Shown here piece after piece: positions 27,161 to 36,366 of a stretch of DNA of 36,366 nt. Under the pieces are notes generated by a model. That model saw only the letters and a program-made list of their open reading frames with translations, searched no databases and had not been told where the DNA came from. The first letter of the stretch is position 1, and each line of letters begins with the position of its first letter. Source of the stretch: an uncultured Methanosarcinales archaeon (lineage in GTDB: Archaea; Nanobdellota; Nanobdellia; Woesearchaeales; CAYSVS01); contig CAZPRK010000010.1 in assembly GCA_964589485.1 (NCBI GenBank), positions 1 through 36,366 on the forward strand, in the 5' to 3' direction. Made by a program: the position numbers and the translations under genes.

Positions 27161-30100
27161 GCATTCCATATTATAGTTATTTACAAACCCAGGGAATTTT
27201 ACAGGAAGCTGTAAATAATATGACAAAGACAGTTGTTGAAACATCTGTTGATTTAAGTAATGTTACAATTAATAATTCAATTACAACTTCTGGAATGTTT
27301 GGTGGTATGTTTAATATTGGGATTGATCCTATGTATTTAGCTATAATAGGAGCAGGTATCGCAGTAGGTGTTTCTGGAATTGCATCAGCTATTGGAGCCG
27401 GAATTGCAGGAAGTACTGGAGCGAAAGCTGTAGCTGAAGATCCTAAACAATTTTCAACTGCATTATTATTTCAAGCTTTACCTCAAACTCAAGGTATTTA
27501 TGGTTTTTTAATTGCAATTTTAATATTATTGGGAGCAGGTGTAGTTGGAACTGTAAAACAAATCACATTAGCTCAAGGTTTAGGTGCTTTAGGTGCTGGT
27601 TTAGCAGTTGGAATTGCAGCAGTTTCAGCAATTGGTCAAGGTATTGCAGCAAGTGCAGGAATTGGAGCAGTAAAAGAAGATAAAAAAATGTTTGGTAAAA
27701 GTATTTTATTCTCAGTTTTGCCAGAAACTCAGGCATTATATGGTTTTATTATTTCTATTTTAATATTAATAGGTGTAGGGTTATTCGGAGCTGTAACAAA
27801 AAATATTCCTGAAGTATTAGGATGGGCTTCAGTTGGTGCAGGTTTAGCAGCAGGTATTGCTGGAATTTCAGCTTTAGGTCAAGGAATTGCGGCAGCCGGT
27901 GGAATTGGAGCTGTATTAGAGAGAAGTAAAGTTTTTGGTAAGAGTATTTTATTCTCAGTTTTGCCAGAAACTCAAGCATTATATGGATTTATAATTGCAG
28001 TATTGATATTAATAGGGTTTGGAATTTTAGGTGTTCCACAATCTGAATTTAATTTAGCTTTAGGAATGTTTGCAATAGCTGCAGGGTTAAGTGTAGGTAT
28101 TTCAGGAATTTCTGCAGTAGGTCAAGGTATGGCAGCTTCAGCCGGTATTGGAAGTATTGCAGAAGATGATAAAATGTTTGGTAAAAGTATTTTATTTTCA
28201 GTCTTGCCAGAAACTCAAGCATTATATGGATTTTTAATTGGAGTTTTAATTTTAGTTGGTGGTGGGTTAATTGGTGGAATAAAAGTTGGCATTACAACTC
28301 CTATAGGTGTTATTGCAATAGGCGCAGCTTTAAGTGCAGGTTTTGCAGCAGTTTCAGCTATAGGTCAAGGTATGTCTGCTTCTTCAGGAATAAAGTCAGT
28401 TACAGAAAAACCAAGTATGTTTGGTAAAAGTATTATATTTAGTATCATTCCTGAAACTCAAGCTTTAATGGGATTTTTAATTGCTATATTATTATTAATA
28501 GGTTCAGGTATTATTGGTTCAGCTAAAGCGGGACTTAGCATGGGCAGTGGTTTAATTGCAATAGGTGCAGGAGTTGCTGTTGGTTTAGCTGCTGTGTCTG
28601 CAGTAGGTCAAGGATATGTTGTAAGTTCAAGTATTACTAACGTTACAAGAAATGCGAAAATGTTTGGTAAAAGTTTATTATTCAGTGTACTTCCTCAAAC
28701 TCAAGCATTATATGGATTTTTAATTGCAATTTTATTATTAGTTGGAGGTGGTCTTGTAGGCGGAGTTAAGTCAGGACTTTCTACTTCAATAGGTTTAGTT
28801 GCAATTGGAGCTGGATTAGCAGTTGGTCTTTCTGCAATGTCAGCAATTGGTCAAGGACTAGTTGCAAGTAGTGCAGTAAATGCAGTTTCAAGAAATAATA
28901 AAATGTTTGGTAAAAGTATTTTATTTTCAGTCTTGCCAGAAACTCAAGCACTATATGGATTTTTAGTAGCTATAATTCTGTTAGTATCAGGTGGATTAAT
29001 TGGTGCTTCATCAACTAGTATTATTACTCCAATGGGAATTGTTGCAATTGGCGCTGCAATTAGTGTTGGGTTTGGAGCAATTTCAGCTATAGGTCAAGGA
29101 ACTTCTGCAGCTAGCGGAGTTACTGCAACTTCTGAAAAACAAAGTATGTTTGGTAAAAGTATTATATTTAGTATTATTCCTGAAACTCAAGCTTTAATGG
29201 GTTTTTTAATTGCAATTTTAATGTTGATTGGTGCAGGGTTAATGGGAAAAATTGCATATTCTATTTCGATAGCTCATGGGGTTGTAGCAGTGGGTGCAGG
29301 TTTTGCTGTCGGTATGGCTGCTATTTCAGCTATAGGTCAAGGGTTTGCAGTTTCAACATCTATTAATGCAGTAACCCAAGATGCAAAAATGTTTGCAAAA
29401 AGTTTATTGTTTTCAGTTATTCCACAAACTCAAGCTTTAATGGGTTTTTTAATCGCAATATTAATATTAATTGGCAGTGGATTAGTAGGAAGTATTAACA
29501 TGGCTATAACTACTGCAAATGGTCTTGTAGCAATAGGTGCAGGATTTGCTGTAGGATTAGGAGCATTATCTGCAGTAGGTCAAGGTTTTGTTATTTCATC
29601 TGCTATAACTACAGTAACACAAGATAACAAAATGTTTGGTAAAGGTTTATTGTTTAGTGTTCTTCCACAAACTCAAGCATTGTATGGATTTTTAGTTGCA
29701 ATTTTACTTCTTGTAGGAGGAGGATTAATAGGCGGAAGTGCTTTAGATTTACATATTCCTGTTGGATTACTTGCAATGGGTGCAGGGTTAGCTGTTGGTT
29801 TAGCAGCAGCTTCAGCTATTGGTCAAGGATTAGTTGCAGGAAGTGGTATAACTGCAGTTAAGGAAGATAATAAAATGTTTGGTAAAGCTATATTGTTTTC
29901 AGTCTTGCCAGAAACTCAAGCATTGTATGGATTTTTAATCGCAATTTTATTATTAGTAGGCGGTGGATTAATAGGTACATTAAATTTAGCATTAACTGTT
30001 CCTTTAGGTTTAGTTGCAATTGGAGCAGGGTTAAGTGTCGGAGTTGCTGCAGTTTCAGCTATAGGTCAAGGTGTAGCTGCAAGTAGCGGTGTTGCTTCAG

Positions 30101-30462
30101 TTCAAGAAAATAGTAAAATGTTTGGTAAAAGTATTTTATTTTCAGTATTACCAGAAACTCAAGCGTTATATGGAACAATAATATCTATTCTTTTAATGAC
30201 TGGTGTTGGTATAATGGGTGTTATTAAATCTGGAGTAACTATGTTACAAGGATTTGGTGCAATAGGCGCAGGATTAGCTATAGGTTTTGCTGCAATATCA
30301 GCATTAGGTCAAGGAATAATTTCAGCAAGTAGTATAGGTGCAAGTTTAAAAGATGCAAAAAGTATGGGTAAAGGATTAGTATTAAGTGTAATCCCTGAAA
30401 CATATGCTATCTTTGGATTATTAATTTCAATTTTAATGTTGTTAGGACTTAAAATAATTTAA
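27157..30462 (+). CDS. atpK: A/V-type ATP synthase proteolipid subunit K (c) with 13 fused hairpins
   Basis: 13 copies of G-A-G-L...SAxGQG...F.K..LF..LP(E/Q)TQA.YGF, between atpI and atpE. Confidence 0.96.
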   Translation: MSIPYYSYLQTQGILQEAVNNMTKTVVETSVDLSNVTINNSITTSGMFGGMFNIGIDPMYLAIIGAGIAVGVSGIASAIGAGIAGSTGAKAVAEDPKQFSTALLFQALPQTQGIYGFLIAILILLGAGVVGTVKQITLAQGLGALGAGLAVGIAAVSAIGQGIAASAGIGAVKEDKKMFGKSILFSVLPETQALYGFIISILILIGVGLFGAVTKNIPEVLGWASVGAGLAAGIAGISALGQGIAAAGGIGAVLERSKVFGKSILFSVLPETQALYGFIIAVLILIGFGILGVPQSEFNLALGMFAIAAGLSVGISGISAVGQGMAASAGIGSIAEDDKMFGKSILFSVLPETQALYGFLIGVLILVGGGLIGGIKVGITTPIGVIAIGAALSAGFAAVSAIGQGMSASSGIKSVTEKPSMFGKSIIFSIIPETQALMGFLIAILLLIGSGIIGSAKAGLSMGSGLIAIGAGVAVGLAAVSAVGQGYVVSSSITNVTRNAKMFGKSLLFSVLPQTQALYGFLIAILLLVGGGLVGGVKSGLSTSIGLVAIGAGLAVGLSAMSAIGQGLVASSAVNAVSRNNKMFGKSILFSVLPETQALYGFLVAIILLVSGGLIGASSTSIITPMGIVAIGAAISVGFGAISAIGQGTSAASGVTATSEKQSMFGKSIIFSIIPETQALMGFLIAILMLIGAGLMGKIAYSISIAHGVVAVGAGFAVGMAAISAIGQGFAVSTSINAVTQDAKMFAKSLLFSVIPQTQALMGFLIAILILIGSGLVGSINMAITTANGLVAIGAGFAVGLGALSAVGQGFVISSAITTVTQDNKMFGKGLLFSVLPQTQALYGFLVAILLLVGGGLIGGSALDLHIPVGLLAMGAGLAVGLAAASAIGQGLVAGSGITAVKEDNKMFGKAILFSVLPETQALYGFLIAILLLVGGGLIGTLNLALTVPLGLVAIGAGLSVGVAAVSAIGQGVAASSGVASVQENSKMFGKSILFSVLPETQALYGTIISILLMTGVGIMGVIKSGVTMLQGFGAIGAGLAIGFAAISALGQGIISASSIGASLKDAKSMGKGLVLSVIPETYAIFGLLISILMLLGLKII
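27331..30453 (+). repeat. 13 diverged tandem coding repeats, period 243 nt (81 aa)
   Basis: P(E/Q)T codons start at 27481, 27721, 27964, 28207, 28450, 28693, 28936, 29179, 29422, 29665, 29908, 30151, 30394 (first spacing 240, all others 243). Confidence 0.95.
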
Positions 30463-30474
30463 GGTGTATAAAAA

Positions 30475-31023
30475 ATGAGCTTAGAAAAAATTAAACAAAA
30501 AATTTTAGATGAAGCAAAAGAAGCTTCAGAAAAAACCAAGTCAGTATATCAAGAAAAAGTTGACGAAATTGTTAGTGACAATAAGAAAGAAATGGAAACA
30601 ATTTCTCAAAAAAAAGACGATGAAATTAATGCAGAAATTGTATTATTTAAAAAAAATGCAATAGCAAGACAAAAGTTATCTTTACAATCAAAGTATTTGG
30701 TAAGAAGGGAAGAGATATTTAATTCTCTTTTAACGGATGCATTGAAAAGTGTTGATGCTAATTTGGTTAAGGAATATATGAAAACTGTTCTTGATGAAAA
30801 TAAAGATTTATCTGGAAAAGTAACAGTAACTTGTTCAAAAGAATATATTGAGTTTGTTAATTCAAATACAAAATTTTCAAATTTTGAAGTAATTGAATCA
30901 AAAGATGATTCTTTTACTATCGCATCTGATTCAGGATTAAGAATCAATGGATCTTTAAATGCGTTAGTTGAAAGAAAAAAAAGTGAATTAAGACAAGGAG
31001 CCATCAAGGCTTTAGGTGTATAA
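30475..31023 (+). CDS. atpE: A/V-type ATP synthase subunit E
   Basis: MSLEKIKQKILDEA helical N-terminus; operon position. Confidence 0.88.
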   Translation: MSLEKIKQKILDEAKEASEKTKSVYQEKVDEIVSDNKKEMETISQKKDDEINAEIVLFKKNAIARQKLSLQSKYLVRREEIFNSLLTDALKSVDANLVKEYMKTVLDENKDLSGKVTVTCSKEYIEFVNSNTKFSNFEVIESKDDSFTIASDSGLRINGSLNALVERKKSELRQGAIKALGV

Positions 31024-31025
31024 AT

Positions 31026-32066
31026 ATGGATGTAGTAGTATTTGGAGCAATTGCAGCTAGTTTAGTTGCAGGAACTGTAGTTATTTGGCCTACTGTGCAA
31101 ATGACAATTGGTTTAGCTCCGCACATTTATGCTAATACTAGATGTAGTGCAAAACTTGCACAATTACTCCCAGATACATTTACAGATAATTTACTTCAAT
31201 CAGTTTCATATGAAGAATCATTATCTTTACTTGAAGATTCTTATTATAGAGTTTATGTAGAAAAGTCAAGAGATTTTGTTAAACTTAGTTCAATGTTAAA
31301 TCAAGATTTATATTTAACGTATCGATGGTTAGAAACAATTGTTCCTGAAAATATGGTTCCAATAATAAAAACACTTAGAATTAAGTTTGAAATTGGTGAT
31401 ATTAAAGAATTGTTTAATAATTTAAAAAATAAAATAACAGAACATAAACTTCCTCATGTTCAAGATGAAAATTTAAAATTAAAGTTAGAAAATACAACTG
31501 ATTTTGCATCATTAATGGCGTCATTTGAAGGAACTGAGTATAGTACTATTTTTGCTAATAAAAATCTTACACAACTCGATAGCATAAATAATGAATTAGA
31601 TAAATTTTATTTTGAAAAAGTTTTTGATGTCATTTCAGCTTCTGAAGATGAAAAAGCAGCAGTGGCATTTAAAGAATATTTTAGTTATTTAGTAGATTTA
31701 ATAAATTTAAAATTAACTCTTCGAAGAATTGATAAAAAATCTTCATTAGATTTATTAGATCATGGAAGAATTTCAAAAGAATCATTAGAAGATATTGAAG
31801 ATTTAAATGCTTTTGAGAATTTATTATCTCAATTTGGTTATAATGAAAATATTGTTGAATATACTCCTTTTGAGATTGAAAATAGCGTATACAAATATAT
31901 GAAGAAAGCTTCAGGGTTAATTAACTCAAAACATAGCTTAAAGTCAGGAAGTGTTGTAAGATATATTATGCTTAAAGAAATTGAAATTAGGAATGTAAAT
32001 ATTATTTTAAAATTAAAGTCAGATAACTTCAATAAAGAAGAAATTCAAAAGGTGTTAGTATTATGA
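31026..32066 (+). CDS. atpC: A/V-type ATP synthase subunit C (d)
   Basis: YANTR, DLINLK..LR, KEIEIRNV; N-terminal hydrophobic segment. Confidence 0.9.
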   Translation: MDVVVFGAIAASLVAGTVVIWPTVQMTIGLAPHIYANTRCSAKLAQLLPDTFTDNLLQSVSYEESLSLLEDSYYRVYVEKSRDFVKLSSMLNQDLYLTYRWLETIVPENMVPIIKTLRIKFEIGDIKELFNNLKNKITEHKLPHVQDENLKLKLENTTDFASLMASFEGTEYSTIFANKNLTQLDSINNELDKFYFEKVFDVISASEDEKAAVAFKEYFSYLVDLINLKLTLRRIDKKSSLDLLDHGRISKESLEDIEDLNAFENLLSQFGYNENIVEYTPFEIENSVYKYMKKASGLINSKHSLKSGSVVRYIMLKEIEIRNVNIILKLKSDNFNKEEIQKVLVL

Positions 32067-32368
32067 TGCAGATTGCTTTAATAGGAGATGAAGATACTAT
32101 TAACGGGTTTATGTTAGCTGGGGTAAAACATAGTATAAAATATAGAGAAGATAAGCTTGAAGAAGATTTGAAAAAATTTTCAGAAGCAAAAGTTTTAGTA
32201 TTTACAGAAAAAGTTGGAGAACAATTAAGAAAAACTGGATTAATTGATAAAATTGAAAATACATATTTAGAAATTCCAGATAAAACTGGTTCAAGTGGCC
32301 AGGCAATGCAAAAAATAAGTAATTTATTTGAGAGTGCAATTGGAATTGCACTAAAAGAAAACGAATAA
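32063..32368 (+). CDS. atpF: A/V-type ATP synthase subunit F
   Basis: IALIGDEDTINGFMLAGV, EIPDKTG. Confidence 0.93.
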   Translation: MMQIALIGDEDTINGFMLAGVKHSIKYREDKLEEDLKKFSEAKVLVFTEKVGEQLRKTGLIDKIENTYLEIPDKTGSSGQAMQKISNLFESAIGIALKENE

Positions 32369-32379
32369 GGTGATTCACG

Positions 32380-34116
32380 ATGGAAGGAAAAATTATCAAA
32401 ATATCAGGACCTGTTGTTGTAGCTTCAGGCATGAAAGGAGTTCAGATGTATGAAGTTGTTAAAGTAGGAGATGAAGGATTAGTTGGTGAAGTAATTGAAC
32501 TTCATGAAGATACAGCGACAATTCAAGTATATGAAGAAACTACAGGGATTGCACCTGGCTCAAAAGTTGTATCTACTGGTGCAAGTTTAAGTGTTGAATT
32601 AGGTCCAGGAATTATAGGTAATATTTATGATGGGATATTAAGACCATTAGATAAAATTAAAGAACAAACTGGAGCATTTCTTGCGAGAGGTGTTGAAGCA
32701 GATTCAATTAACCATAAGAAAAAATGGAAATTTGTTCCAAAATTAAAAAAAGGAGAAGATGTTACTCCTGGAATGATTATTGGAGAAGTAAAAGAAACTT
32801 CAGTAGTTGTACAAAAAATTTTAGTTCCACCTGGTGTAGAGGGTGAACTTAAAAAAATATCAAAGGAAGGAGAATATACTGTAGAAGATGTTGTAGCTGT
32901 TGTAGGCGATACTGATATTAAATTAAGTCAAAAATGGCCGGTTAGAATTCCTCGTCCAGTAATTGATAAATTAGAACCTACTTTACCTTTAGTTACAGGA
33001 ATGAGAATTATTGATACTTTTAATCCAGTTGCAAAAGGAGGAACAGCTTGTACTCCAGGACCGTTTGGAAGTGGAAAAACTGTTACACAACAAAGTATTG
33101 CAAAATGGTGTGATGCAGATATTATTGTTTACATTGGTTGTGGTGAAAGAGGAAACGAAATGACTGATGTATTGCAACAGTTTCCGACTATTAAAGATCC
33201 ACGAACAGGAAAAGCATTACTTGAAAGAACAATTATTATTGCAAATACCTCAAATATGCCAGTTGCAGCTAGAGAAGCTTCAGTTTATACTGGAATTACA
33301 ATTGCTGAATATTTTCGAGACATGGGATTTGATGTAGCTTTAATGGCTGATTCAACATCAAGATGGGCAGAAGCAATGAGAGAAATTTCAGGAAGATTAG
33401 AAGAAATGCCTGGTGAAGAAGGTTATCCTGCTTATTTATCAACAAGGTTAGCTCAATTTTACGAAAGAGCTGGACGTGTAAAAACATTAAATAAAGATGA
33501 AGGAAGTGTTACTGTAATTGGAGCAATTAGTCCACCTGGTGGAGATTTTTCAGAACCAGTTACACAGAATACATTAAGAGTTAATAAAACGTTTTGGGCT
33601 TTAGATAAAAATTTAGCTTCAAGGAAACACTTTCCCGCAATTAATTGGTTAAATAGTTATTCTTTATATTTAGATTCAGTTACTGATTGGTATAAAGATA
33701 ATGCAGGAGATAAATGGCGTGATCTTAGAGATGAAGCAATGAGATTATTACAAAAAGAAGAACAGTTACAGGAAATTGTTCAGTTAGTTGGTCCAGATGC
33801 TTTACCTGATAACGAAAGATTAGTTTTAGAAGTTACTAAAATTATCAGAGAAGATTTTTTACAACAAAATGCTTATCATGAAGTGGATTCATATTGTCCT
33901 TTATCAAAACAAGTATTTATGCTTGAATTAATCTTGGAATGGTTTTCACTTTCAAATGCAAAATTAACTCAAGGTGTAAGTATACACGATATTTCAGATA
34001 TGAAAATAAAGGAAGAGTTAGCGAGAATGAAAGAATTTAATAATGATAAATTCGAAGATCATTATAAAACATTAACAAAACAAATGGCCGAAGAATTTGA
34101 GGCTATGAAGGCGTAG
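32380..34116 (+). CDS. atpA: A/V-type ATP synthase catalytic subunit A
   Basis: [37 protein letters not shown]; no intein. Confidence 0.98.
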   Translation: MEGKIIKISGPVVVASGMKGVQMYEVVKVGDEGLVGEVIELHEDTATIQVYEETTGIAPGSKVVSTGASLSVELGPGIIGNIYDGILRPLDKIKEQTGAFLARGVEADSINHKKKWKFVPKLKKGEDVTPGMIIGEVKETSVVVQKILVPPGVEGELKKISKEGEYTVEDVVAVVGDTDIKLSQKWPVRIPRPVIDKLEPTLPLVTGMRIIDTFNPVAKGGTACTPGPFGSGKTVTQQSIAKWCDADIIVYIGCGERGNEMTDVLQQFPTIKDPRTGKALLERTIIIANTSNMPVAAREASVYTGITIAEYFRDMGFDVALMADSTSRWAEAMREISGRLEEMPGEEGYPAYLSTRLAQFYERAGRVKTLNKDEGSVTVIGAISPPGGDFSEPVTQNTLRVNKTFWALDKNLASRKHFPAINWLNSYSLYLDSVTDWYKDNAGDKWRDLRDEAMRLLQKEEQLQEIVQLVGPDALPDNERLVLEVTKIIREDFLQQNAYHEVDSYCPLSKQVFMLELILEWFSLSNAKLTQGVSIHDISDMKIKEELARMKEFNNDKFEDHYKTLTKQMAEEFEAMKA

Positions 34117-34129
34117 GAGGCACATTACA

Positions 34130-35512
34130 ATGAAACAAAAAACAATGGAGTATAGTTCAATTAAAGAAATATCAGGTCCTTTAATGATTGTTAAGGGAGT
34201 TGAGGGTGTTGCTTACGGTGAATTAGTAGAAATTCAATCTGAAGATGGTCAAAAAAGAAATGGACAAGTCCTTGAAGCTAAAGATGATTTAGCAGTTGTT
34301 CAAGTTTTTGAAGGAACAAGAGGTTTAGATACTAAACATACATCAGTAAGGTTTACAGGAGAGACAATGAAGATAGGAGTTTCCGAAGAAATGATTGGAA
34401 GAATTTTTAATGGACTTGGAAAACCAATAGATAATAATCCTGAAATAGTTCCAGAAGCTAATTTAGATATTAATGGGCAGGCTATTAATCCTGCAGCTAG
34501 AGAATTCCCTGAAGAGTTTATTCAAACAGGTGTAAGCGCGATAGACGCTATGAGTACTTTAGTAAGAGGACAAAAACTTCCAATTTTTTCAGAAGCTGGT
34601 TTGCCACATAATCAATTAGCAGCACAAATTGCAAGACAAGCAAAAGTTTTAGGAAAAGGTGAAAAGTTCGTTGTTGTTTTTGCAGCAATGGGAATTACTT
34701 TTGAGGAAAGTAAATTTTTTATGAATGACTTTGAAAGGACTGGTGCAATTGAAAATATGGTTGCGTTTATCAATTTAGCAGACGACCCGGCAATTGAAAG
34801 AATTATCACACCTAGAATTGCATTAACAACAGCTGAATATTTAGCTTTTGAGAAAGATATGCATGTATTGGTTATTTTAACTGACTTTACAAATTATTGT
34901 GAAGCTTTAAGAGAAATTGCAGCTGCAAGAAATGAAATCCCTGGGCGAAGAGGATACCCAGGATACATGTATACTGATTTAGCGATGAGTTATGAAAGAG
35001 CTGGTAAGTTAGAAGGTAAAAAGGGAAGTGTTACTCAAATCCCAATTTTAACAATGCCACAAGGTGACATAAGTCACCCTATTCCTGACTTAACTGGTTA
35101 TATTACTGAAGGACAAGTTGTTGTTAGTAATGAATTACATAGAAATGGTGTTTATCCACCGATTGATGTTTTACCATCTTTATCAAGACTTATGAATGAA
35201 GGTATTGGTGAAGGTAAAACTAGGGAAGATCATAGTGGTGTAGCTAACCAGTTATATAGTGCATATGCTGAAGGAAGAGATTTAAGAGATTTAGTTGCCG
35301 TTGTAGGTGAAGAAGCTCTAAGTGAAAGGGATAAAAAAATCTTAAAGTTTGCATCATTATTTGAAAATGAATTTATTCGACAAGCAAATAGTGAAAATAG
35401 AGATGTAACTAAAACTCTTGGAATTGGTTGGAAATTATTAGGAACCTTACCAGAAAAAGAGTTAAAGAAAATTAAACTTGAGCACATTTCAAAATATTAT
35501 CCAAAGAAGTAA
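34130..35512 (+). CDS. atpB: A/V-type ATP synthase subunit B
   Basis: [37 protein letters not shown]. Confidence 0.98.
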   Translation: MKQKTMEYSSIKEISGPLMIVKGVEGVAYGELVEIQSEDGQKRNGQVLEAKDDLAVVQVFEGTRGLDTKHTSVRFTGETMKIGVSEEMIGRIFNGLGKPIDNNPEIVPEANLDINGQAINPAAREFPEEFIQTGVSAIDAMSTLVRGQKLPIFSEAGLPHNQLAAQIARQAKVLGKGEKFVVVFAAMGITFEESKFFMNDFERTGAIENMVAFINLADDPAIERIITPRIALTTAEYLAFEKDMHVLVILTDFTNYCEALREIAAARNEIPGRRGYPGYMYTDLAMSYERAGKLEGKKGSVTQIPILTMPQGDISHPIPDLTGYITEGQVVVSNELHRNGVYPPIDVLPSLSRLMNEGIGEGKTREDHSGVANQLYSAYAEGRDLRDLVAVVGEEALSERDKKILKFASLFENEFIRQANSENRDVTKTLGIGWKLLGTLPEKELKKIKLEHISKYYPKK

Positions 35513-35513
35513 A

Positions 35514-36131
35514 ATGGCATCAAAAACTATAATTGCAACACGTATGGAGCTGTTAAAGCTTAAGAAAAAGATTAAGCTAGCTCAGAAAGGACATAAACTT
35601 TTAAAAGAAAAAAGAGATGCTTTAATTGGTGAATTTTTTACTTTAATGGAAGGGTTAAAAACTCAAAGAAAAGATGTAGATTACGCTTTAGAAAAAGCAT
35701 TTAAATCTTTAAGTTTATCTACAGCTATTTCTGGATCTGATGAAATTAAGCGTGCAGCTTATTCTACTGATGAAATGGGTGAAATTGTCCAAAAGAAAAA
35801 TACAATTATGGGAGTTAGTGTTCCTATTTTTGAATTTGAATCTAAAATTGATAGAAAGTATAGTCATTTGTCAACTAATGTTGAGTTAGATACAGCTTCA
35901 AGATATTTTGATAAAGCTCTTAATAAAATGGTAAAATTAGCTGAACTTGAAGCAACTGCTACAAAGTTAGCTGATGAAATTAAAAAAACTAAACGTAAAG
36001 TAAATGCATTAGAACAAAGGTTAATTCCTAACTTGAATAAAGATATTATTTACATTAAAATGCGTTTAGAAGAAATGGAAAGAGAAAATTTCTCTAGATT
36101 AAAAGTTATTAAGAAGAGAATTGAAGCGTAG
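35514..36131 (+). CDS. atpD: A/V-type ATP synthase subunit D
   Basis: TRMEL, GHKLLKEKRDAL, IKKTKRKVNALE, ERENFSRLK; start at ATG 35514 just after the atpB stop. Confidence 0.96.
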   Translation: MASKTIIATRMELLKLKKKIKLAQKGHKLLKEKRDALIGEFFTLMEGLKTQRKDVDYALEKAFKSLSLSTAISGSDEIKRAAYSTDEMGEIVQKKNTIMGVSVPIFEFESKIDRKYSHLSTNVELDTASRYFDKALNKMVKLAELEATATKLADEIKKTKRKVNALEQRLIPNLNKDIIYIKMRLEEMERENFSRLKVIKKRIEA

Positions 36132-36366
36132 AAATTATATTGTTCTATATTCTTTTGAAGCTTCTTTTCCTTTAATATATTCAGGATCAGTTTTTTCTAG
36201 AATTTTTTCAACTGTATTTTCAATATGAAAAATAGAAATATTTAATTCATTTGCAATTGTTTTTGCTCTTTTCATTGTAATTTCAGATAAAAAAGCATCT
36301 CCTTCTTTTGCATCCCAAGTTTGACAGTTAAATAGAAAAGTGTCCTAAGTTTGTTTTAGGTTATGA

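Noticed and set aside
27157..30462. atpK repeats as an assembly artefact or CRISPR-like array
   Set aside because: All units are distinct, in frame and diverged at synonymous sites and linkers; the spacers are coding
32380..34116. Intein in ATPase subunit A
   Set aside because: Normal length (578 aa), continuous through the P-loop region
1064..35487. Short antisense/overlapping ORFs in the track (e.g. 2577, 7944, 13822, 16099, 26092, 30606, 35230)
   Set aside because: Shadow ORFs opposite well-supported genes, with no motifs
36135..36366. Minus-strand frame with an in-frame TAG near 36345 (recoding?)
   Set aside because: Truncated by the window edge, and TAG is a normal stop for atpA and atpD here

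Overview
AT-rich archaeal chromosome segment, most likely a DPANN lineage such as Woesearchaeota (inferred from BRE/TATA promoters before mostly leaderless genes, BHB-type tRNA introns, tRNAs without encoded CCA, a Dph2 fragment and an A/V-type ATPase operon). It holds a sufB-D-S-U-C operon, pyrG, serA-serC, a 1460-aa surface protein with a lipase-like domain, a DHH protein, tRNA-Ser(GGA) and a complete atpH-I-K-E-C-F-A-B-D operon. Two features stand out. (1) A 220-nt tRNA(CAU) gene at 10196-10415 is split by four BHB-type introns (30/31, 37/38, 44/45, 59/60). Their splice motifs overlap, which implies ordered splicing. (2) The 1101-aa rotor subunit K/c consists of 13 fused hairpins at an almost exact 243-nt period. 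Only 9 keep the catalytic Glu, and the partner Tyr is lost in exactly the hairpin preceding each Glu-less hairpin.
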